Assembly: GCA_044374645.1 (NCBI GenBank)
Contig: JBILOD010000001.1
Span: 1 to 30,050, forward strand
Direction of reading: 5' to 3'
DNA: 30,050 bases
Source: Pseudobdellovibrionaceae bacterium
Lineage (GTDB): Bacteria > Bdellovibrionota > Bdellovibrionia > Bdellovibrionales > Bdellovibrionaceae
Part shown: piece after piece, positions 8,281 through 15,929 of the stretch
How the letters are laid out: every line of letters begins with the position of its first letter
How positions within the stretch are numbered: position 1 is the first letter of the stretch
Notes under the pieces: model-generated
Told to the model about the DNA's origin: nothing
What the model saw: the letters and a program-made list of their open reading frames with translations, nothing else
Database searches by the model: none
Made by a program: the position numbers and the translations under genes

Positions 8281-9355
8281 AGGGATTGAGTTCTAACGAG
8301 CAGCGATTGAAAAGGTATTTCACTTCGTCATTAATTGTTAACTGAAAACCAGATGCCACAGATGATTTTTGAACCGCCTCCGATAAGATCTGAGTTAATA
8401 TGGGCGACAATCGCTTCATGGTTCCAACCTTCACTTCGAGTCCATGCTCACCCGTATACGTTACACCTGAGGCTGGGTTGTGAAATGTATCTGTCACAAT
8501 GGTATGTACGGCACTTTTTGGATGAAGTTGCTGAAAAGTTTTTGCGAGACCAATTTGGTTTTCAACGGAAACCATGGGATCATTGGTGCCTGCGATAAAT
8601 GTTAATTTGGGTATAGGTTCGTTTTCCCGACTATCAACAAATTGCGATGCAAAACCCATTTCGCTAAAAATAGCAGGTTCTGCATCATAAGCTAAGTCAT
8701 CCTTTAACCCTGATTTAGAAGATAAATAGTCCTCTTCCAACGCTCGCCAAGCTTTGAAGGCCTCTGGACGATGATCGACGGGCCCCATAACTAAAACCTG
8801 ATTGATGCGAGCAAATACATCGCGAAATGACCCGTCGTTGAGGTAGCGATGAAAAGCCTCAAGAAAAACAGCAGAACCGGTTGATCGGGTGGCAATCACC
8901 AGCGGCACCTGTTCATTAGCATTCGTAGCCTGTTGGGCATGACGAATAGCTGAGACCATCCAATTTACCTGTTCATTGGTTGATCGATAATTGCCGACAA
9001 TTTTTAATCGTTCAGAAATTGTTAAATCATCATGAAAATAGAGAGGATTTTGAAAGCCTAAAGGTAAAAACCCTTCTTTAATGGCCTTCTTTGCTAGAGG
9101 CTCTGTGGAAGCGGCAATTCCAAAGTTACTGGTCTTTGCACCTAACCCGGCAAACATTATTAAGATTCCTTTGGATTTTTCTGGAATTTCAATCGGTCTC
9201 ATCATTGTGGTATGTAGTTCTGGAACTTCAACTTCACCGAGTAGAGGATCTACCTTATTTTGAATGATCACCGGCCTTAGTGTTTCTGCAATTGAAGTTG
9301 AACTAATAGAAAATGCCAAGGAGATAATTAATCCTTGCACACTTATTTTTTTCAT
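8279..9355 (-). CDS. Secreted alpha/beta-hydrolase fold protein
   Basis: Signal peptide; oxyanion-type MFAGLG, elbow ATRSTGS, acid motif GTNDPMV and late His in TFHNP occur in canonical order; SD AAGGAG. Confidence 0.72.
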   Translation of the reverse strand: MKKISVQGLIISLAFSISSTSIAETLRPVIIQNKVDPLLGEVEVPELHTTMMRPIEIPEKSKGILIMFAGLGAKTSNFGIAASTEPLAKKAIKEGFLPLGFQNPLYFHDDLTISERLKIVGNYRSTNEQVNWMVSAIRHAQQATNANEQVPLVIATRSTGSAVFLEAFHRYLNDGSFRDVFARINQVLVMGPVDHRPEAFKAWRALEEDYLSSKSGLKDDLAYDAEPAIFSEMGFASQFVDSRENEPIPKLTFIAGTNDPMVSVENQIGLAKTFQQLHPKSAVHTIVTDTFHNPASGVTYTGEHGLEVKVGTMKRLSPILTQILSEAVQKSSVASGFQLTINDEVKYLFNRCSLELNP

Positions 9356-9597
9356 TGGAACTCCTTTGGTTCTTGCGCATCCAGATTTCTAACTTTTGTT
9401 GGCATTAAGGTGTCTATTCCATTACTGAGCATATTCCTATGCCCTTTGGAACTAGCAAATTGCTAAAGTCGTGCCACTTTTTAGATAAAAAACCTCCACC
9501 TCATTGAGGTCTGGCTATTTATTAGCGATCAATTCAATGACGGTTGTTGAGTCTTTGGACATTTGAACGAAAGTTGGACGAAAAATGCAAGCCAATG

Positions 9598-9690
9598 GAA
9601 ACGCTCAGTCACTTCAATGAATTCCATATGTGTTTGCTTAAGAGCATTTTGGCGCCAGGTATCTTCGCTCACGAAAAGTGTGTTGGAAGA
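9598..9690 (-). pseudogene. Decayed copy of the 3' end of the M14/DUF2817 peptidase gene (13960-14067)
   Basis: Translates to SSNTLFVSEDTWRQNALKQTHMEFIEVTERF versus SAKTLFV[EMFYP]TDSAWRQNALEQTQKEFSKVLERL, 18/31 identical with a 5-codon gap. An in-frame stop lies just upstream and there is no usable start. Confidence 0.8.
9619..9659. repeat. 41-bp direct repeat, copy 1 (copy 2 at 13981-14021)
   Basis: GAATTCCATATGTGTTTGCTTAAGAGCATTTTGGCGCCAGG versus GAATTCCTTTTGTGTTTGCTCAAGAGCATTCTGGCGCCAGG, 37/41 identical. Confidence 0.92.
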
Positions 9691-9914
9691 TTTGAAATCT
9701 AAAGTGTTTCATATTGAGATATTTCTACGGAATGGAGCAATCCAATAGTGCTGATTTTACCTAAAAATGACAAACCAGAGATCGTTTGGTGACGCAAACA
9801 AATTCAGTCGATCGTAGAGTTTAGTTATCACTGATCGTATCTTCCTTTTCAAGCGACAGAGTGCCTAAGCGCAAACTGAACACTTTAAAGACTATTTTAA
9901 ACGAGGAGATTTTC

Positions 9915-10016
9915 ATGAGCCACCAAGGCCTAAAAGAAAAAACATATAGAAAACGAGTCTTACTGCTTCTGCTCGTAAACGATCGTCAAGGTAAGATCGA
10001 GACCGTTTCCATGTAA
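9915..10016 (+). CDS. Putative 33-aa small ORF or gene remnant
   Basis: SD GAGGAG (9903-9908), then ATG. Peptide MSHQGLKEKTYRKRVLLLLLVNDRQGKIETVSM stops 30 nt before the next gene. Confidence 0.35.
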   Translation: MSHQGLKEKTYRKRVLLLLLVNDRQGKIETVSM

Positions 10017-10046
10017 TTAACAGTTTAAGTTGAAGGAGGTGTTATT

Positions 10047-11135
10047 ATGAAAAAACAAACAAGAACAATTTACATTAAAAGACTCTTAGTCATTGGCATG
10101 GCTATCTCTGTGTCAATGGGGCTGTCCATATGTTCGGAGGCGGCACCAAAGAGGCACCATCTCAGTATGGTGGGGTCACCCATTTTTGAGGGGCTAACGA
10201 GCGAGCAAATTAATGTGAGGGCACAGTTTTTGGCAAAACAACATGAATCAGGGGTCTTATTCCATCAAAATAAGCTGGCGGGGCAAATTGTCTATGCAGA
10301 ATGGGATAAGAAGAGTTCAGTCGGGCGTTATCTCGGGCATCATTATCATAAAACGACAGATGGGGATGTCATTGTGAATTCATTTCCGATTTCTGAAACC
10401 TACCAGACATTGAAACTCAAGGGTATTGAGACTAGAGGGTCGAATCCTATGCGAGTACAATTAGAGCGAGGAGGCATCGGTAATTCTCCGCGGATCAATA
10501 GGATGTTTGATACCTATCAATATGAAAATAGAGCCAAAAATCAAACAGAACCCTTGTTGCTTGAAAAGATTTATGAATTTCCAGGGAGGCTGAGGGCCAG
10601 CCTTACGCACCAAATAACTATTGGTTTCAATAGGCAAGGAGATATTTCATTCAAGTTAGTTGATCGTGAAGAATCAGATTGGAAAAAAGAAATAGACATA
10701 GCTCAGATTACGGTGTCGAATCCTGGGGGATCCATAGGCATAGGCAAACCCCCAAAATACGTGCCGGTCGACGTAGTCATTGATGAAACCAACCCTTATC
10801 AATTTTCTGTTTATTATAGCAATGGGCAGTATCGGACCTTTCGCTTCGATGAAGAGGCAAAGGAAAATAAAATATCTCAGCTTGGTACGGTTGAGTTTCG
10901 AGCAGGCGAACTTCAACAAATGAGAGGGCAGGTTGAAGTGTTTCCAGCAAAGGGTACCACCGTCACGGATGGTTCTCCTATTGTAAGCCTTGGTGGGCGC
11001 CGAAAAGCGCGGTCTCAAAAAAGCTCAGGTGACGCTTCGAACGCCGAGATTCAAGGATCCTCATATCGAAAGTCTTCAAGTGCGCTTTCTGACTCAGTGC
11101 CAGAGACAGGAGCAGACCAAACGGGAGCTTTTTAA
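10047..11135 (+). CDS. Secreted hypothetical protein, beta-rich; paralogue of 11167-12117
   Basis: SD AAGGAGG; signal peptide; three motif blocks shared with the next gene; Ser-rich disordered tail. Confidence 0.85.
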   Translation: MKKQTRTIYIKRLLVIGMAISVSMGLSICSEAAPKRHHLSMVGSPIFEGLTSEQINVRAQFLAKQHESGVLFHQNKLAGQIVYAEWDKKSSVGRYLGHHYHKTTDGDVIVNSFPISETYQTLKLKGIETRGSNPMRVQLERGGIGNSPRINRMFDTYQYENRAKNQTEPLLLEKIYEFPGRLRASLTHQITIGFNRQGDISFKLVDREESDWKKEIDIAQITVSNPGGSIGIGKPPKYVPVDVVIDETNPYQFSVYYSNGQYRTFRFDEEAKENKISQLGTVEFRAGELQQMRGQVEVFPAKGTTVTDGSPIVSLGGRRKARSQKSSGDASNAEIQGSSYRKSSSALSDSVPETGADQTGAF

Positions 11136-11166
11136 TTTATAGATTTTCAATAAAGAGGAGTTTAAA

Positions 11167-12117
11167 ATGAAACAGGCAACGAAAATAACGATGATGGGTA
11201 AACAACACCAGTTTGCGATGTTCGCCTTCTTAATGATTACGACAGCTGTCAGCTCGGGCTACGCTAAACCCAAGGATGGCTTTTTAGGTCAATCCCAAAA
11301 TCTTCATCCATTAGCTAAGTTAGAGCAAAATCGCTTTCGAGAGAAAGTTCTCAATGCGGAGCAAAATGGTTGGGTGGTAGGTGAGGTCTCGAGTTCAAGA
11401 GCTACGGTTTTTGAACCTTCAAATGGTGAATCGAAAGGCTTGATTCATCACTTCGAAACGACACCCGAGGGAAAAGCAATTGTGGCCGATGTGCCGGCGC
11501 AGCTTGGCGATGGAATGATTCCTGTGAAATTTGTTTATCGAGATGGGACTGGTGCCTTTAAGCTCAAAGGCAAATTGGACCAGGACGATTCGATCATTCG
11601 GGTTGATGAGGTACTCAAACCCATTCAGAACGGGCAGGGACAAGTCATGATGGTACCTACCGCCCGACATCACGATGTGCTTGATAAAGCCACTGGAATT
11701 GAAAAGGGCAATTCTTATTTCGTTGATTCCGAGAATGGTAATCTGACCATTGTATCAAGTACCGATAAATACTATTGGGACGGAAGCAGTGTACATAGGA
11801 TTGATGAGTCCTCAACGATACCCAACCTAAGTCATAAAAATGGGCAACCAAGGTCCTATCCAATTTCGTTCTCAATGATTCAAGATGATAATACAATAAC
11901 TATTCAATATAGTGATGGATGGTTTCGCGAGTTTCGAAAAGTGAACAAAGATGGAAAACCGACATGGGTGCTTTCCCATGAAGACATTGAAGTTCGTTTT
12001 TTAAATGGTCATCGTGGGACTTTGAAGACCTATCAACCCTATGGTGTAATTCTTCAAGAGGGCGAGTCTTTTGCAAACCTGGGCGGTGCTCGAAAGAAAG
12101 TGAATAACTTCAAGTAA
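11167..12117 (+). CDS. Secreted hypothetical protein, beta-rich; paralogue of 10047-11135
   Basis: SD GAGGAG; signal peptide ending GYA-K; shared motif blocks. Confidence 0.85.
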   Translation: MKQATKITMMGKQHQFAMFAFLMITTAVSSGYAKPKDGFLGQSQNLHPLAKLEQNRFREKVLNAEQNGWVVGEVSSSRATVFEPSNGESKGLIHHFETTPEGKAIVADVPAQLGDGMIPVKFVYRDGTGAFKLKGKLDQDDSIIRVDEVLKPIQNGQGQVMMVPTARHHDVLDKATGIEKGNSYFVDSENGNLTIVSSTDKYYWDGSSVHRIDESSTIPNLSHKNGQPRSYPISFSMIQDDNTITIQYSDGWFREFRKVNKDGKPTWVLSHEDIEVRFLNGHRGTLKTYQPYGVILQEGESFANLGGARKKVNNFK

Positions 12118-12266
12118 GCGGACGGAGATTCATCTGCAGACGAAGGTGGTGATTTTGGTGGGAGATGACAATGTCAATGACGGCGTTGAGTTCGAAACCT
12201 ATTGATTGAGGCGGTAGGTATACTGAATAGGTACACCTCTATTTGGATTATACGCTAGCCCTTTTT

Positions 12267-13862
12267 TTACTGTGCACCCTGTAGAGCGAGGGAAAGATGA
12301 AGTGGAAGGACCATGTCAAGCCCTTCCATGATACAACTGGCCTGGGGGGCATTTGCTTTCATCCAATCATGATCTTTGAGTTCGTCGCATTCTTTCGGCA
12401 TTCCGCCTTTAAAAGTTTGGTCAAACTGCATGAACCCGATCTCTTTAGGCACATGGGAACCCAGTTCGTTGATGTTTCCATAGCGCCTCCGCTTGACTAA
12501 TCCAGGTTCTTTATTTGGCTCCTGTAAATCAAAGCAGGTCTTTAAGACATTCCACCCCGCGCTGGGGGTACTCGCTAAACCTTCAGCGCCGAGTCCAAGG
12601 CCCAAGGCCTTTTTTAGGTCGCGCACCATTGAACCTGACGATTTAACCTCCGGTATAAACTGAGCGGCGAGACCCTTCATTCGTAAACCACTGAGTAGTT
12701 TATAGAGCAATGCGCCCTCACCAGCCGATTTGACCGCCATATCCAGAAGCTCTCCCTTGAGGTTTGGCTCATGTTGCGAAAATAGGCACGCCGCGCCGTT
12801 GGATAATCTTTCTTGGTTCACTAAGGTCTCTTTAACACCTTTGGTAAATTCTTTGGCATTGAGCAAGTCATGGTCACTTAAGGTTTGCCAAACTGTATCG
12901 TCGTTGTAAATAAAATCAATTTGATTTTCAGATAATTCATAAATGTCATTTTTTGGGTCTTTGACCGCAAGAAGTTTAGAGTTAACTTCTGATCGAGCGG
13001 CCGAGATCTTTCGAAGTTCAAGATTTATATTCTGATTGAGGCGTCCTTCACATCCCCAATCGATGTTTTCCCAAGTGTCTAATTTATCGAGGAGGATGTC
13101 CTCGTCTGTCATAGGGCGACTTTGAATAGACCCGTCGCTTTTTGATTCCAGATAAACAATATCTTGGCGATTCTTCGTCACTGAATTAAAAAGCTCCTCC
13201 GTTGCAACAACAGGAACTCCAAGCTGAAAAATAGGGATTGAAGTGTATAGAAGATCCAGTTTTTCTTTCCCACAAAACTGATTGAGTTTTTCTTTGCTTA
13301 TCTTATGGCCGTTTCGCCAAGTGCCCTCCTTAATTAACTTTTTGAAAGTGGCATCGGCTTCAAAATCGGGTATTTCAGGGTAGTTTTGATAAATATTAGA
13401 ACGGAGATTGAGAACCTCTTTACAGGCGGTATAGAGGAGTTTTGCTTTTCGTTGCCGTACCCAGTTAATGAAGAGATAGTTCTTCCATGAGTTACAGGTT
13501 TTATTCAGTGGATCGTCGTTTTCGCGCTTTTTGAATTCTGGCGGTTTTTGCAGTTCTGTGATTTGCGCCGCCAAACACCGGTTTTTTTTAAATTGCAAGC
13601 GCGCGGCCTCTTGGTAAACAAGCCAATCAAAGGCGTCATGGCCTATTTCTGACAGTTGTTGGTCATTGAGAGCCTTAATCTTTGAGCAGTGTTCTGGCAC
13701 CGAGCGAATTTCACTGACAGAAACATCCCAACAGTATTGTCTCTTTTCAATTTGATTGACCGCGGTAGCTATGGCGCCATTTTTAGCCAAACCGTTAACG
13801 CTAGAAAAGAGGCCCAAAATAAAGAGAAGGTGTTTTTTTCGAGCGCTAATAAGTGAGGTCAT
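12267..13862 (-). CDS. Secreted hypothetical protein, largely helical, 11 Cys
   Basis: 531-codon ORF; basic then hydrophobic N-terminus ending NGLA; no recognised domain. Confidence 0.8.
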   Translation of the reverse strand: MTSLISARKKHLLFILGLFSSVNGLAKNGAIATAVNQIEKRQYCWDVSVSEIRSVPEHCSKIKALNDQQLSEIGHDAFDWLVYQEAARLQFKKNRCLAAQITELQKPPEFKKRENDDPLNKTCNSWKNYLFINWVRQRKAKLLYTACKEVLNLRSNIYQNYPEIPDFEADATFKKLIKEGTWRNGHKISKEKLNQFCGKEKLDLLYTSIPIFQLGVPVVATEELFNSVTKNRQDIVYLESKSDGSIQSRPMTDEDILLDKLDTWENIDWGCEGRLNQNINLELRKISAARSEVNSKLLAVKDPKNDIYELSENQIDFIYNDDTVWQTLSDHDLLNAKEFTKGVKETLVNQERLSNGAACLFSQHEPNLKGELLDMAVKSAGEGALLYKLLSGLRMKGLAAQFIPEVKSSGSMVRDLKKALGLGLGAEGLASTPSAGWNVLKTCFDLQEPNKEPGLVKRRRYGNINELGSHVPKEIGFMQFDQTFKGGMPKECDELKDHDWMKANAPQASCIMEGLDMVLPLHLSLALQGAQ

Positions 13863-13953
13863 GGATTGATGTTAGACTTCAATGAAAGTGTCTGCAACGG
13901 AATTCCAAATATCGTGGGCATTGAATGCCTATAGCCGAATAAGAATCCGGATA

Positions 13954-15120
13954 TCAGCGCAATCGTTCCAGAACTTTAGAGAATTCCTTTTGTGTTTGCT
14001 CAAGAGCATTCTGGCGCCAGGCACTGTCTGTTGGGTAAAACATTTCGACAAAGAGAGTTTTTGCTGATTGTTCGGAATTAGCGTCAGCATATCCAAACTG
14101 ATGCCCTTGGTTTTCAATGATTAAACGGTATAAGGAATCGATTGACCCGGTTAAGGTTTGCGAGTCAAGCGTGCCATACTCAAAAGCAACACCAATTGCC
14201 TTTTTGGCACTAAAGTGTTTCACAAATCCACTCACGTTGTCTCCTGTGGTTTGATAGAATTCGCTGCTATCACCGAAGTCGATCAGCGTTGGAGAAAATA
14301 AATTCTGTAGAGACTTAGATTGTTCTGATTCCGAAGAATTAGATAGAAGATGCAATTGACCCCGCTTGCCATAGCCGGTATGTAGGTCGATCAATAACAG
14401 ACGTTCATGAAGACTGCCAAAGTGATTCCAAAGATTTGTTAAAGCCATGATTTGTGGCTCCATTTTTTGTCCACCGAAGTATATTCCTTCTGGAAAAGCA
14501 TATTGTCCACGAAGGAGCGTGCGTTTTAGGGTGTCCTTGGAATGCTTGATGATGTGATAAGCGGTGCTGAGGTAGAACTTAATTTTAGAAAGAACGCCCA
14601 AGTCGAGCGGTTCTTTGGGGTTCAAATAGTCTTTGAGAACAATGTAGCCATCGTTAACCGTCAGGTAACCTGAGGGGTTGTCAAAGAGGTTTCGATTGAG
14701 ATCGACGTTGTTTTGGTTCACACGGCGATTTCTTGAAAAACCGTCAGCATTAATTCCATGAATGAAAAGAAAATTGAGATGTTTAATGGGTGATTTTTTA
14801 AATGACTTCAAAAGGTAACATTGAATAGCGCTCCCAACATGCCCCTCAACCCCGTGCATTCCAGACTGTATAATTACTAAAGGTGCCTTTGAATCATTGA
14901 TCATATAAAGAAAATCAATGCTCACTCCAGATATATTTTCGACACCCATCTGATTTTTAGAATTGGCAGAAATAAATTCCTTGGCTAGCGAAAGGAATTG
15001 TTCTTGCGCTTCATGATAGGATTTCTTGAAACAGCTTAGGTCTTCAGGGTTGGCATATATAAATTTATTGAACATAGTTATGATTCCAAAGGTGATGATG
15101 GTAAGAGCTAAATTTCGCAT
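13954..15120 (-). CDS. M14-like zinc carboxypeptidase (DUF2817 family) with N-terminal export signal
   Basis: SGMHGVEG (HxxE), HGINADG, RRVNQNNVDLNRN and IDLHTGYG. Start placed at MRNLAL (15120) after SD AGGAG. Confidence 0.88.
   Translation of the reverse strand: MRNLALTIITFGIITMFNKFIYANPEDLSCFKKSYHEAQEQFLSLAKEFISANSKNQMGVENISGVSIDFLYMINDSKAPLVIIQSGMHGVEGHVGSAIQCYLLKSFKKSPIKHLNFLFIHGINADGFSRNRRVNQNNVDLNRNLFDNPSGYLTVNDGYIVLKDYLNPKEPLDLGVLSKIKFYLSTAYHIIKHSKDTLKRTLLRGQYAFPEGIYFGGQKMEPQIMALTNLWNHFGSLHERLLLIDLHTGYGKRGQLHLLSNSSESEQSKSLQNLFSPTLIDFGDSSEFYQTTGDNVSGFVKHFSAKKAIGVAFEYGTLDSQTLTGSIDSLYRLIIENQGHQFGYADANSEQSAKTLFVEMFYPTDSAWRQNALEQTQKEFSKVLERLR
13981..14021. repeat. 41-bp direct repeat, copy 2, inside the peptidase 3' end
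   Basis: See copy 1; offset 4362 bp. Confidence 0.92.
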
Positions 15121-15334
15121 GAACTCTTCTCCTAAAGTTCTTTGAGTGTTACACAAAGAATATTAGTATAAAAGAATAAAGATCACTCAAAGCCAATTGA
15201 GTTGATCAAGTAACATGGAACTTCGATTATCATCGAACGAGAAAAAGGCGGTTGTCTGTGGTCCATCTACCTAACTGAGTCGAGATTCTGCATTTTGGGT
15301 TGAATAGTCCTAGGGGACGCAATAGACTTTGTGC

Positions 15335-15913
15335 ATGAAAATCCTTATTATTTTAATTTTTCTGGTAGTTGGCACTTTCTCTATTGCCTTTTTGAGCTAT
15401 GATTTTCCGAAAGGACTTTCTTTTGGTCAAAAGATTGAGATTTTGAGGTTTGGGCATACAGATTTCGTAATTGGTGACACTCCAGTGGTAGATCAAATTA
15501 GAATTTTTGCAACCTATACAGATAACAGTGATCATAATTTTGAGATCAAATTCAATTTTGACAGTAAGAATTTAAGAGTCGACAATATGAAAGAACCTAG
15601 GCATGCGCTTAACAATTGTGTGGTTAGTCCTGAGCTTAGTTTTCGTTTTAAAAAAGCATTTGCCAGAAGCACATTGTGCAGACAAATTACCACCTATAAG
15701 GGTCCCCTTTGTGAAATGATGCCTAAACCGGAATTTTACATTGAGAACGAAAAGACTGGATTTTCCTTTGGTTATTTTCGTCCTGATTGTGCCACTTCAG
15801 GAAAGTTTCTTTGTGGAGATGGCGATTTGATTTTGGAGAGACTTATTGAAGAATTGTTGTTTGAAATATCAAGTTCATGCTTAAGGGGAGGCCAATTGAG
15901 GTTGCAATTGTGA
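15335..15913 (+). CDS. Hypothetical exported or membrane-anchored protein with 6 Cys
   Basis: ATG 15335 (MKILIILIFLVVGTFSIAF); open for 192 codons; convergent with pbpC. Confidence 0.7.
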   Translation: MKILIILIFLVVGTFSIAFLSYDFPKGLSFGQKIEILRFGHTDFVIGDTPVVDQIRIFATYTDNSDHNFEIKFNFDSKNLRVDNMKEPRHALNNCVVSPELSFRFKKAFARSTLCRQITTYKGPLCEMMPKPEFYIENEKTGFSFGYFRPDCATSGKFLCGDGDLILERLIEELLFEISSSCLRGGQLRLQL

Positions 15914-15929
15914 AGCTTACTCAAGCTTG

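Noticed and set aside
9534-9553. TCAATGACGGTTGTTGAGT, similar to TCAATGACGGCGTTGAGT at 12174-12191
   Set aside because: A 10-bp exact core plus 7 bp after a gap is near chance expectation in 30 kb, and the flanks do not align. Worth a glance only because both sites are intergenic in the same block.
9563-9748. 61-aa plus-strand ORF
   Set aside because: It is the antisense reading of the peptidase remnant; no SD or protein-like features.
9780-9838. Three GATCGT hexamers (9780, 9810, 9833)
   Set aside because: Irregular spacing and no longer shared unit; not a CRISPR array or iteron set. A methylation role cannot be supported.
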